From NCBI GenBank assembly GCA_965263295.1, contig OZ253665.1, positions 1,856,001-1,920,000 of the forward strand: a stretch of 64,000 bases of DNA. Reading direction: 5' to 3'. How positions within the stretch are numbered: the first letter of the stretch is position 1; each line of letters starts with the position of its first letter. Position numbers and translations under genes: made by a program. Below, one piece after another: positions 44,075 to 54,903 of the stretch. This DNA comes from Spirochaetia bacterium (lineage in GTDB: Bacteria; Spirochaetota; Spirochaetia; SP-2023). The notes beneath the pieces were generated by a model. That model did no database searches, was not told the DNA's origin, and saw only the letters and a program-made list of their open reading frames with translations.

Positions 44075-47000
44075 AGTCCCTGGCCCGCTAACCACGAAAA
44101 ACACCAAAAAAGTACGAAACCACACGAAAAATTCTAAAAAACCGCCCCTCCCGCCTCGACGCCCCCCACAGCTCCCGTTCTCCATCCAGCCCCTATTTTA
44201 ACTTTTCCCTGTCACCCGCAGCTCCCCGTCGTCGTCCCCGCGGCCCCCCTACCTAACTTTCGTGACCTTTCGCTGTCTTCGTGCACTTTCGTGGTTCCCC
44301 TTTCGTGGTCCCCACCAAGTAACCACGAAAAACACCAAAAAAGTACGAAACCACACGAAAAATTCTAAAAAACCGCCCCTCCCGCCTGAACGCCTCCCGC
44401 AGCTCCCGTCACCCATCCAGCCTCATTTTCTACCTTCTCCCTGTCACCCAAAGCTCCCCATGTGCCACCCGCGGCCCCCCCGTCTAAATTTCGTGCCTTT
44501 TCGCTGTCTTCGTGTAATTTCGTGGTTCCCCTTTCGCTGTCTTCGTGCCCTTTCGTGGTTCCTTTCGTGCCCTTCGTGGTTCCCTTCAAAGTTCCCCGGT
44601 CACCCGCAGCTCCCCGTCCTGCCCCCCGCGGCTCCCCCGTCTAGATTTCGTGACCTTTCGCTGTCTTCGTGTAATTTCGTGGTTCCTTTCGTGGTCCCCC
44701 CCCCAAGTAACCACGAAAAACACAAAAAAAGTACGAACAACACCAAAAATCCTAAAAAACCGCCCCTGCTACCTGGACGCCCCTCCTGCCTCCCGTCACC
44801 CTGTTTTCCTGTTTTCCTGTTTTCCTGACTCCCCGGTCACCCCCAGCCCCCGTCATCCATCCAGCCCCTATTTTAACTTTTCCCTGTCACCCGCAGCTCC
44901 CCATGTGCCACCCGCGGCCCCCCTGTCGCCATTTCGTGACCTTTCGCCACCTTTCGTGTAATTTCGTGGTCCCCCTTTCGTGGTCCCCCCAAGTAACCAC
45001 GAAAAACACCAAAAAAGTACGAACAACACCAAAAATTCTAAAACACCGCCCCTGCTACCTGAACGCCCCCCTCCTGCCTCCCGTCATCCATCCAGCCCCT
45101 ATTTTAACTTTTTCCCCCTGCCTCCCTGCCCCCAAAAGGAAAATTTCCGGCTCCCCTATCTAACTTTCGTGCCCTTTCGCCGTCTTCGTGCCTTTTCGTG
45201 GTCCCCCCCACGGCTCCCCTATCTAAATTTCGTGCCTTTTCGCTGTCTTCGTGTAATTTCGTGGTCCCCCTTTCGTGGTCCCCCCCCAAGTAACCACGAA
45301 AAACACAAAAAAAGTACGAACAACACGAAAATTCTAAAAATTAAATAACCAGTCGTGTAATTGATACCTTTGGATATGTTCCAAAATTCACAAGTAATCC
45401 AAGTTTCATGCCGGTTGCTTTTAAATAATTAATCAACTGTGTCTTATGTTCGGGTGCAACAGCCTTGACAGCCTTGAGCTCAACAATAATTTTCCCATAG
45501 CAGATTAAATCCGCCTTATAAGTTTGTTGCAACGATTCACCTTTGTATGCCAAGTTTAGTTTCTTTTGCGAAACAAAGGGAATCCCATTTTTAGTAAGTT
45601 CTTTTTCAAGACATTCCTGATATACAGCTTCCAAAAAACCACACCCCATTTCGCGATACACTGCAAAAATCGCGCCCTGAATTTTATAACATTTGTCTTT
45701 AAAAAGTATTTTTTCTTGTCTCTCTTGCTTGTTGTCGTTCACCTTCTGCTCCACAATCACAAAAGGCAAAAAAACACCGCAAAATACAAAAAATTCTTCC
45801 CCAGCCCCCTTTTTTACCTTTTCCCTGTCACCCACAGCTCCCCGTCCTGCCACCCACGGCTCCCCTGCCTAAATTTCGTGCCCTTTCGCCACTTTTCGTG
45901 CCTTTTCGTGGTTCCCCTTTCGTAGTCCCCCACCAAGTAACCACGAAAAACACCAAAAAAGTACGAAACCACACGAAAAATTCTAAAAAACCGCCCCTGC
46001 TACCTGGACGCCCCTCCTGCCTCCCGTCATCCATCCAGCCCCTATTTTCCTGCCTCCTTGCCACTAAAAGGAAAATTTCCGGCTCCCCTATCTAAATTTC
46101 GTGCCCTTTCGCTGTATTTCGTGCCCTTCGTGGTTCCACCCACAGCTCCCCGTCCTGCCCCCCACGGCTCCCCAGCCTAAATTTCGTGCCTTTTCGCTGT
46201 CTTCGTGTAATTTCGTGGTTCCCCTTTCGTGGTTACTATTTCGTGACCTTTCGCTGTCTTCGTGCCTTTTCGTGGTTCCCCTTTCGTGGTCCCCCCCCCA
46301 AGTAACCACGAAAAACACCAAAAAAATACGAACAACACCAAAAATTCTAAAAAACCGCCCCTGCTGCCTAAACGCCCCCCGCGCCTCCCGTCACCCTGTT
46401 TTCCTGTTTTCCTGTTTTCCTGACTCCCCGGTCACCCCCAGCCCCCGTCATCCATCCAGCCCCTTTTCTAACTTTTTACCTGCCTCCTTGCCACTCAAAG
46501 GAAAATTTCCGGCTCCCCAGCCTAAATTTCGTGACATTTCGCCACCTTTCGTGCATTTTCGTGGTTCCCTTTAAAGTTCCCCGGTCACCCCCAGCCCCCG
46601 TCATCCATCCAGCCCCTATTTTAACTTTTCCCTGTCACCCGCAGCTCCCCATCCTGCCACCCACGGCTCCCCTGCCTAAATTTCGTGACATTTCGCCACC
46701 TTTCGTGTAATTTCGTGGTCCCCCTTTCGTGGTCCCCCCCAAGTAACCACGAAAAACACTAAAAAGTACGAACAACACCAAAAATCCTAAAACACCGCCC
46801 CTGCTGCCTGAACGCCCCTCCTGCCTCCCGTCATCCATCCAGCCCCTTTTTTAACTTTTCCCCTGTCACCCGCAGCTCCCCGTCCTGCCCCCCGCGGCTC
46901 CCCTGCCGCCATTTCGTGATTTTTCGCTGTCTTCGTGCCTTTTCGTGGTTCCCCTTTCGCTGTCTTCGTGCCCTTTCGTGGTTCCCCTTTCGTGGTTCCC

Positions 47001-48390
47001 CCAAGTAACCACGAAAAACACCAAAAAAGTACGAACAACACCAAAAATTCTAAAACACCGCCCCTGCTACCTGAACGCCCCCTCCCGCCTCCCGTCACCC
47101 TGTTTTCCTGTTTTCCTGTTTTCCTGACTCCCCGGTCACCCCCAGCCCCCGTCATCCATCCAGCCCCTATTTTAACTTTTTCCCTGTCACCCACAGCTCC
47201 CCATGTGCCACCCGCGGCCCCCCTGTCGCCATTTCGTGACCTTTCGCCACCTTTCGTGTAATTTCGTGGTCCCCCTTTCGCTGTCTTCGTGTAATTTCGT
47301 GGTCCCCCTTTCGTGGTCCCCCCAAGTAACCACGAAAAACACCCAAAAAGTACGAACAACACCAAAAATTCTAAAAAACCGCCCCTCCCGCCTGGACGCC
47401 CCTCCTGCCTCCCGTCACCCTGTTTTCCTGTTTTCCTGTTTTCCTGACTCCCCGGTCACCCCCAGCCCCCGTCATCCATCCAGCCCCTTTTCTAACTTTT
47501 CCCCTGTCACCCAAAGCTCCCCATGTGCCACCCGCGGCTCCCCAGCCTAACTTTCGTGACCTTTCGCTGTCTTCGTGTAATTTCGTGGTCCCCACAGCCC
47601 CCGTCATCCATCCAGCCCCTATTTTAACTTTTCCCCTGTCACCCGCAGCTCCCCATCCTGCCACCCACGGCTCCCCTATCTAGATTTCGTGACCTTTCGT
47701 TATTTTTCGTGCTTTTCGTGGTTCCCCTTTCGCCGTCTTCGTGCCTTTTCGTGGTCCCCGCGGCCCCCCCGTCTAAATTTCGTGCCTTTTCGCTGTCTTC
47801 GTGCCCTTTCGTGGTTCCTTTCGTGCCCTTCGTGGTTCCCTTTAAAGTTCCCCGGCCACCCACAGCTCCCCATCGTCGTCCCCGCGGCCCCCCTACCTAA
47901 CTTTCGTGACTTTTCGCCCTCTTTCGTGCCCTTCGTGGTTCCACCCGCAGCTCCCCGTCGTCGTCCCCGCGGCTCCCCCGTCTAAATTTCGTGCCTTTTC
48001 GCTGTCTTCGTGTAATTTCGTGGTCCCCCTTTCGCGGTCCCCCCCAAGTAACCACGAAAAACACCAAAAAAAGAACGAACAACACCAAAAATTCTAAAAC
48101 ACCGCCCCTGCTACCTGAACGCCCCTCCTGCCTCCCGTCACCCTGTTTTCCTGTTTTCCTGTTTTCCTGTTTTCCTGACTCCCCGGTCACCCCCAGCCCC
48201 CGTCATCCATCCAGCCCCTTTTTTACCTTTTCCCCTGCCACCCACAGCTCCCCCGTCTAGATTTCGTGACCTTTCGTTATTTTTCGTGCTTTTTCGTGGT
48301 TACTATTTCGTGACCTTTCGTTATTTTTCGTGCCCTTTCGTGGTTACTATTTTGTGCCTTTTCGTAGATTTTCGTGTAATTTCGTGGTTT
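44075..48390. repeat. Modular inverted-repeat lattice, block 1 (about 11 A modules with B modules and shuffled C-rich fillers)
   Basis: AACCACGAAAAACAC at ~44090, 44321, 44709, 44995, 45292, 45939, 46304, 46745, 47007, 47328 and 48050; TTTCGTG...TTTCGTGGT clusters between them. Confidence 0.95.
45341..45742 (-). CDS. GxxExxY protein (PD-(D/E)XK nuclease-like)
   Basis: MGCGFLEAVYQECL (GxxExxY), YKADLIC, IIVELKAV, QLINYLKATGMKLGLLVNFG; probable GTG start at 45742 after GGAG (133 aa). Confidence 0.93.
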   Translation of the reverse strand: MNDNKQERQEKILFKDKCYKIQGAIFAVYREMGCGFLEAVYQECLEKELTKNGIPFVSQKKLNLAYKGESLQQTYKADLICYGKIIVELKAVKAVAPEHKTQLINYLKATGMKLGLLVNFGTYPKVSITRLVI

Positions 48391-48396
48391 GGTTCA

Positions 48397-48438
48397 ACAA
48401 AAAAAACGCCGCCCACTGTCTTCCGACAGGAGGCGGCG
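48397..48438 (-). terminator. Intrinsic terminator of the repeat lipoprotein gene
   Basis: CGCCGCC-CACTGTC-TTCC-GACAG-GAGGCGGCG hairpin with an A-run on + (U-tract on -). Confidence 0.75.
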
Positions 48439-48480
48439 CGGCGTAGGCGAAAAAGCTAACGCGAAAAGTTAATTACCCAA

Positions 48481-50562
48481 TTACTGAGCAACCGTCAGAG
48501 AAATATTATGGGTTACACTAGATCCCAGATCAACTGTGACCTTCGAATTTGCTACATCAACAGCCAGCTTAGTTTTATCAAAAGCGCCATCAACTTCGCC
48601 TTGTTCTGACCCACTAAGATTTGTATAAGCAGACAAAGCCTTAACTGCGTCCAAAATGGCCTTTTTGGTATCATCATCATCGGCAATTGTTGTGCCCTGA
48701 GCAAGCTCTAGGGTCGCTATTGCTTTAACAAATGTATTTAAGTCAAAAAGATTGCCAGTGCCACCGCCAGCAGCAACCGTCAGAGAAATATTATGGGTTA
48801 CACTAGATCCCAGATCAACTGTGACCTTCGAATTTGCTACATCAACAGCCAGCTTAGTTTTATCAAAAGCGCCATCAACTTCGCCTTGTTCTGACCCACT
48901 AAGATTTGTATAAGCAGACAAAGCCTTAACTGCGTCCAAAATGGCCTTTTTGGTATCATCATCATCGGCAATTGTTGTGCCCTGAGCAAGCTCTAGGGTC
49001 GCTATTGCTTTAACAAATGTATTTAAGTCAAAAAGATTGCCAGTGCCACCGCCAGCAGCAACCGTCAGAGAAATATTATGGGTTACACTAGATCCCAGAT
49101 CAACTGTGACCTTCGAATTTGCTACATCAACAGCCAGCTTAGTTTTATCAAAAGCGCCATCAACTTCGCCTTGTTCTGACCCACTAAGATTTGTATAAGC
49201 AGACAAAGCCTTAACTGCGTCCAAAATGGCCTTTTTGGTATCATCATCATCGGCAATTGTTGTGCCCTTAGCAAGCTCTAGGGTCGCTATTGCTTTAACA
49301 AATGTATTTAAGTCAAAAAGATTGCCAGTGCCACCGCCAGCAGCAACCGTCAGAGAAATATTATGGGTTACACTAGATCCCAGATCAACTGTGACCTTCG
49401 AATTTGCTACATCAACAGCCAGCTTAGTTTTATCAAAAGCGCCATCAACTTCGCCTTGTTCTGACCCACTAAGATTTGTATAAGCAGACAAAGCCTTAAC
49501 TGCGTCCAAAATGGCCTTTTTGGTATCATCATCATCGGCAATTGTTGTGCCCTGAGCAAGCTCTAGGGTCGCTATTGCTTTAACAAATGTATTTAAGTCA
49601 AAAAGATTGCCAGTGCCACCGCCAGCAGCAACCGTCAGAGAAATATTATGGGTTACACTAGATCCCAGATCAACTGTGACCTTCGAATTTGCTACATCAA
49701 CAGCCAGCTTAGTTTTATCAAAAGCGCCATCAACTTCGCCTTGTTCTGACCCACTAAGATTTGTATAAGCAGACAAAGCCTTAACTGCGTCCAAAATGGC
49801 CTTTTTGGTATCATCATCATCGGCAATTGTTGTGCCCTTAGCAAGCTCTAGGGTCGCTATTGCTTTAACAAATGTATTTAAGTCAAAAAGATTGCCAGTG
49901 CCACCGCCAGCAGCAACCGTCAGCTCAATTTTCTTGGATGGAGTCGTAAGTACAACACTGGCAGGAGTTTGCCCTGAAGCTGGAGTAACCTTCAGATTAT
50001 CTTTGGCAAAATATCCATCAAAAGTTGATTTTTCGGTGCCAAGCTTGTCATAGAACAGAACCTTTTTAGCTTTCGCTTTAGCTGCCTCCAAAATGGCAGT
50101 TTTGATATCATCAGTATCGGCAATTTTTGTGTCAGAAGGAAGCTCTAGGCCATCTGCCACAATCTTGTCAAGCAATTCGCGAGCCTCAGGCTGGAGCAAA
50201 TAAAAAGTTCCTTCACCTTTCTTTACTTTAGTATTTTCATCTGCAGCTACTTTGCCGTAAAAGACTGTTAGACCAATGGGCATTGCAGCAGGGTCATTAA
50301 AAGTTAATCCTCCTCCATTTTTATCTGAATTATAGAATAAAGGGGATGAAAGTTCTCCGTCTGTACCAAATAGAGCATTGTAAGTGGCGGTTTCTTTATC
50401 ACCCACCACTGCACCCACATAAGTTTTATCAGTATCATTTGGTAAAACCGTTGGATTCGTAAAGCTGTTGGCGGCAGAGCTTCCGCCGTCATCGCTGTCG
50501 TCGCAGGCGAAGAACGCCAGCCCGACCAGCAACATAGGAATTAAATAGAATATTTTCCGCAT
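48481..50562 (-). CDS. Surface lipoprotein with five tandem 95-aa repeats
   Basis: MRKIFYLIPMLLVGLAFFA-C lipobox after AAGGAG; repeat TVAAGGGTGNLFDL...THNISL x5. Confidence 0.88.
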   Translation of the reverse strand: MRKIFYLIPMLLVGLAFFACDDSDDGGSSAANSFTNPTVLPNDTDKTYVGAVVGDKETATYNALFGTDGELSSPLFYNSDKNGGGLTFNDPAAMPIGLTVFYGKVAADENTKVKKGEGTFYLLQPEARELLDKIVADGLELPSDTKIADTDDIKTAILEAAKAKAKKVLFYDKLGTEKSTFDGYFAKDNLKVTPASGQTPASVVLTTPSKKIELTVAAGGGTGNLFDLNTFVKAIATLELAKGTTIADDDDTKKAILDAVKALSAYTNLSGSEQGEVDGAFDKTKLAVDVANSKVTVDLGSSVTHNISLTVAAGGGTGNLFDLNTFVKAIATLELAQGTTIADDDDTKKAILDAVKALSAYTNLSGSEQGEVDGAFDKTKLAVDVANSKVTVDLGSSVTHNISLTVAAGGGTGNLFDLNTFVKAIATLELAKGTTIADDDDTKKAILDAVKALSAYTNLSGSEQGEVDGAFDKTKLAVDVANSKVTVDLGSSVTHNISLTVAAGGGTGNLFDLNTFVKAIATLELAQGTTIADDDDTKKAILDAVKALSAYTNLSGSEQGEVDGAFDKTKLAVDVANSKVTVDLGSSVTHNISLTVAAGGGTGNLFDLNTFVKAIATLELAQGTTIADDDDTKKAILDAVKALSAYTNLSGSEQGEVDGAFDKTKLAVDVANSKVTVDLGSSVTHNISLTVAQ
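48488..49923. repeat. 285-bp tandem repeat x5 (intragenic)
   Basis: GCAACCGTCAG at 48488, 48773, 49058, 49343, 49628 and 49913; the only difference seen is one K/Q codon. Confidence 0.97.
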
Positions 50563-51141
50563 AAGAAAACTCCTTGAATGTATATTTTTACCCAAAATAC
50601 AAACTGGGCGCCCAAAAGTCAAGCCTGTATCGCGGTTTTGGCGCAAAAAAATCACTTTTTTCTCCTTTCGTGCCATTTCGCTGGCCAAGTAACCACGAAA
50701 AACACAAAAATTCTAAAACACCGCCCCTCCCTGCCACCCATGGATTACCTGCCTAAATTTCGTGACCTTTCGCTGTCTTCGTGCTTTTCGTGGTCACCTT
50801 TTCGCCACCTTTCGTGCAATTCGTGGTCCCCCTTCAAAGTTCCCCGGTCACCCGCAGCCTAAATTTCGTGACCTTTCGCTGTCTTCGTGCACTTTCGTGG
50901 TTACTATTTCGTGCCTTTTCGTAGATTTTCGTGTAATTTCGTGGTTCCCGTCATCCATCCAGCCCCTATTTTAACTTTTCCCTGTCACCCGCAGCTCCCC
51001 GTCGTCGTCCCCGCGGCCCCCCTACCTAACTTTCGTGATTTTTCGCTGTCTTCGTGTAATTTCGTGGTTACTATTTCGTGCCTTTTCGCTGTCTTCGTGC
51101 TTTTCGTGGTCCCTCTTTCGTGGTCCCTCTTTCGTGGTCCC

Positions 51142-51555
51142 CTAACCAGGTAGAAACTGATAAGCTGCGACAAGTGCGGCGATAGTCACGCCACTACAAC
51201 TGATCATGGCCGTCAGCGACCATCTCATAAAATTATTTATTTGCGCTTGCACCGACTCAAAACGCTTATCCACCTGCTCAAAACGCTTATCCACCTGCTC
51301 AAAACGCTTATCCACCTGCTCAAAACGCCTGTTCATCTGTTCCTGCACTTGCTCAAAGCGATCATTCATATCCTTTCTAAGCGTCAATATTTCACCCCGC
51401 AGATCTTGTTCAAGATGCGTTATGTGGTTCGTCTGTGCTTTAAGCACCAAAACAATGATCTCTTCGCTCTTTAGAGCCTCATTATTGGTTACTTTTTGCA
51501 TGGCTTTTTGGGCATTTTCGTCCAGCCATTGTTCAAAACCCGAATTGTCAAACAT
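51142..51555 (-). CDS. Membrane-anchored coiled-coil protein (DUF1640/Bdr-like architecture), copy 1, 137 aa
   Basis: Head, EQVDKRF heptads and EQVQEQMNRRF hendecad, C-terminal TM helix; GGAGG RBS. Confidence 0.85.
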   Translation of the reverse strand: MFDNSGFEQWLDENAQKAMQKVTNNEALKSEEIIVLVLKAQTNHITHLEQDLRGEILTLRKDMNDRFEQVQEQMNRRFEQVDKRFEQVDKRFEQVDKRFESVQAQINNFMRWSLTAMISCSGVTIAALVAAYQFLPG

Positions 51556-51576
51556 GAAAAAATACCTCCAAACCCA

Positions 51577-51605
51577 ATTCTAAATCTATCCAACATATTT
51601 TGCAA
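51577..51605 (-). promoter_or_regulatory. sigma70-like promoter of cassette 1 (repeated upstream of all eight copies)
   Basis: TTGCAA-17 nt-TAGAAT, then TGGGTTT-GGAGG-TATTTTT(T)C-ATG. Confidence 0.65.
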
Positions 51606-51790
51606 ACCAGATTTTGGTTCCCTCAGAATCCCTGGCCCCGTAACCACGAACAACACCAAAAATTCTAAAACACCGCCCCTCCCGCCTCGACGCCCCCCCC
51701 CTGCCACCCACAGCTCCCCGTCGTCGTCCCCGCGGCTCCCCCAGCCTAAATTTCGTGACCTTTCGCTGTCTTCGTGCTTTTCGTGGTCCC

Positions 51791-52249
51791 CTAACCAGGT
51801 AGAAACTGATAAGCTGCGACAAGTGCGGCGATAGTCACGCCACTACAACTGATCATGGCCGTCAGCGACCATCTCATAAAATTATTTATTTGCGCTTGCA
51901 CCGACTCAAAACGCTTATCCACCTGCTCTTGCGCCTGCTTAAAGCGCATATTCATTTGCTCTTGTGCGCACTCAAAACGCTTATCGACCTGCTCAAAGCG
52001 CTTATCCACCTGCTCAAAACGCCTGTTCATCTGTTCCTGCACTTGCTCAAAGCGATCATTCATATCCTTTCTAAGCGTCAATATTTCACCCCGCAGATCT
52101 TGTTCAAGATGCGTTATGTGGTTCGTCTGTGCTTTAAGCACCAAAACAATGATCTCTTCGCTCTTTAGAGCCTCATTATTGGTTACTTTTTGCATGGCTT
52201 TTTGAGCATTTTCGTCCAGCCATTGTTCAAAACCCGAATTGTCAAACAT
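51791..52249 (-). CDS. Coiled-coil cassette copy 2, 152 aa
   Basis: Same head and anchor; includes the ECAQEQMNMRFKQAQ insert. Confidence 0.85.
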   Translation of the reverse strand: MFDNSGFEQWLDENAQKAMQKVTNNEALKSEEIIVLVLKAQTNHITHLEQDLRGEILTLRKDMNDRFEQVQEQMNRRFEQVDKRFEQVDKRFECAQEQMNMRFKQAQEQVDKRFESVQAQINNFMRWSLTAMISCSGVTIAALVAAYQFLPG

Positions 52250-52741
52250 GAAAAATACCTCCAAACCCAATTCTAAATCTATCCAACATATTTTGCAAAC
52301 CAGATTTTGGTTCCCCCTCAGAATCCCTGGCCCCGTAACCACGAACAACACCAAAAATTCTAAAACACCGCCCCTCCCTGCCACCCATGGATTACCCGTC
52401 TAAATTTCGTGACCTTTCGCTGTCTTCGTGCTTTTCGTGGTCACCTTTTCGCCACCTTTCGTGCAATTCGTGGTCCCCCTTTAAAGTTCCCCGGTCACCC
52501 GCAGCCCCCCATCGTTTCACCCGCGGCTCCCCAGCCTAAATTTCGTGACCTTTCGCTGTCTTCGTGCACTTTCGTGGTCCCCCTTTAAAGTTCCCCGGTC
52601 ACCCGCAGCTCCCCATCGTTTCACCCGCGGCCCCCCTACCTAACTTTCGTGATTTTTCGCTGTCTTCGTGTAATTTCGTGGTTACTATTTCGTGCCTTTT
52701 CGCTGTCTTCGTGCTTTTCGTGGTCCCTCTTTCGTGGTCCC

Positions 52742-53197
52742 CTAACCAGGTAGAAACTGATAAGCTGCGACAAGTGCGGCGATAGTCACGCCACTACAAC
52801 TGATCATGGCCGTCAGCGACCATCTCATAAAACTATTTATTTGCGCTTGCACCGACTCAAAACGCTTATCCACCTGCTCAAAACGCTTATCCACCTGCTC
52901 AAAACGCTTGTCCACCTGCTCAAAACGCTTGTCCACCTGCTCAAAACGCCTGTTCATCTGTTCCTGCACTTGCTCAAAGCGCTTGTCGACTTGCTCAAAG
53001 CGATCATTCATATCCTTTCTAAGCGTCAATATTTCACCCCGCAGATCTTGTTCAAGATGCGTTATGTGGTTCGTCTGTGCTTTAAGCACCAAAACAATGA
53101 TTTCTTCGCTCTTTAGAGCCTCATTATTGGTTACTTTTTGCATGGCTTTTTGAGCATTTTCGTCCAGCCATTGTTCAAAACCCGAATTGTCAAACAT
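52742..53197 (-). CDS. Coiled-coil cassette copy 3, 151 aa
   Basis: Five EQVDKRF heptads; INSF variant. Confidence 0.85.
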   Translation of the reverse strand: MFDNSGFEQWLDENAQKAMQKVTNNEALKSEEIIVLVLKAQTNHITHLEQDLRGEILTLRKDMNDRFEQVDKRFEQVQEQMNRRFEQVDKRFEQVDKRFEQVDKRFEQVDKRFESVQAQINSFMRWSLTAMISCSGVTIAALVAAYQFLPG

Positions 53198-53468
53198 GAA
53201 AAAATACCTCCAAACCCAATTCTAAATCTATCCAACATATTTTGCAAACCAGATTTTGGTTCCCTCAGAATCCCTGGCCCCGTAACCACGAACAACACCA
53301 AAAATTCTAAAACACCGCCCCTCCCGCCTGAACGCCCCCCCTGCCACCCATGGATTACCCGTCTAAATTTCGTGACTTTTCGCTGTCTTCGTGCTTTTCG
53401 TGGTCCCCGCGGCTCCCCCTACCTAACTTTCGTGATTTTTCGCTGTCTTCGTGCCCTTTCGTGGTCCC

Positions 53469-53861
53469 CTAACCAGGTAGAAACTGATAAGCTGCGACAA
53501 GTGCGGCGATAGTCACGCCACTACAACTGATCATGGCCGTCAGCGACCATCTCATAAAATTATTTATTTGCGCTTGCACCGACTCAAAACGCTTATCCAC
53601 CTGCTCAAAACGCTTATCCACCTGCTCAAAACGCCTGTTCATCTGTTCCTGCACTTGCTCAAAGCGATCATTCATATCCTTTCTAAGCGTCAATATTTCA
53701 CCCCGCAGATCTTGTTCAAGATGCGTTATGTGGTTCGTCTGTGCTTTAAGCACCAAAACAATGATCTCTTCGCTCTTTAGAGCCTCATTATTGGTTACTT
53801 TTTGCATGGCTTTTTGAGCATTTTCGTCCAGCCATTGTTCAAAACCCGAATTGTCAAACAT
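53469..53861 (-). CDS. Coiled-coil cassette copy 4, 130 aa
   Basis: Shortest stalk (two heptads). Confidence 0.85.
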   Translation of the reverse strand: MFDNSGFEQWLDENAQKAMQKVTNNEALKSEEIIVLVLKAQTNHITHLEQDLRGEILTLRKDMNDRFEQVQEQMNRRFEQVDKRFEQVDKRFESVQAQINNFMRWSLTAMISCSGVTIAALVAAYQFLPG

Positions 53862-54086
53862 GAAAAATACCTCCAAACCCAATTCTAAATCTATCCAACA
53901 TATTTTGCAAACCAGATTTTGGTTCCCTCAGAATCCCTGGCCCCGTAACCACGAACAACACCAAAAATTCTAAAACACCGCCCCTCCCGCCTCGACGCCC
54001 CCCCTGCCACCCATGGATTACCTGCCTAAATTTCGTGCCTTTTCGTAGATTTTCGTGTAATTTCGTGGTCCCTCTTTCGTGGTCCC

Positions 54087-54545
54087 CTAACCAGGTAGAA
54101 ACTGATAAGCTGCGACAAGTGCGGCGATAGTCACGCCACTACAACTGATCATGGCCGTCAGCGACCATCTCATAAAATTATTTATTTGCGCTTGCACCGA
54201 CTCAAAACGCTTATCCACCTGCTCTTGCGCCTGCTTAAAGCGCATATTCATTTGCTCTTGTGCGCACTCAAAACGCTTATCGACCTGCTCAAAGCGCTTA
54301 TCCACCTGCTCAAAACGCCTGTTCATCTGTTCCTGCACTTGCTCAAAGCGATCATTCATATCCTTTCTAAGCGTCAATATTTCACCCCGCAGATCTTGTT
54401 CAAGATGCGTTATGTGGTTCGTCTGTGCTTTAAGCACCAAAACAATGATCTCTTCGCTCTTTAGAGCCTCATTATTGGTTACTTTTTGCATGGCTTTTTG
54501 GGCATTTTCGTCCAGCCATTGCTCAAAACCCGAATTGTCAAACAT
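54087..54545 (-). CDS. Coiled-coil cassette copy 5, 152 aa
   Basis: Protein identical to copy 2. Confidence 0.85.
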   Translation of the reverse strand: MFDNSGFEQWLDENAQKAMQKVTNNEALKSEEIIVLVLKAQTNHITHLEQDLRGEILTLRKDMNDRFEQVQEQMNRRFEQVDKRFEQVDKRFECAQEQMNMRFKQAQEQVDKRFESVQAQINNFMRWSLTAMISCSGVTIAALVAAYQFLPG

Positions 54546-54903
54546 GAAAAATACCTCCAAACCCAATTCTAAATCTATCCAACATATTTTGCAAACCAGA
54601 TTTTGGTTCCCTCAGAATCCCTGGCCCCGTAACCACGAACAACACCAAAAATTCTAAAACACCGCCCCTCCCGCCTCGACGCCCCCACAGCTCCCGTTCT
54701 CCATCCAGCCCCTATTTTAACTTTTCCCTGTCACCCGCAGCTCCCCGTCGTCGTCCCCGCGACCCCCCAGCCTAACTTTCGTGACCTTTCGCTGTCTTCG
54801 TGCCCTTTCGTGGTTACTATTTCGTGACCTTTCGCTGTCTTCGTGCACTTTCGTGGTTACTATTTCGTGACTTTTCGCTGTCTTCGTGTAATTTCGTGGT
54901 CCC

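Noticed and set aside
43950..48260. Many 60-190 aa ORFs in the repeat blocks (also 50574-51173 and 62370-63833)
   Set aside because: They are low-complexity translations of non-coding repeats in all six frames, with no RBS or consistent frame.
44075..48390. CRISPR array interpretation of the repeat lattice
   Set aside because: There is no constant-length repeat/unique-spacer alternation, the fillers are reused modules, and no cas genes are in the window.
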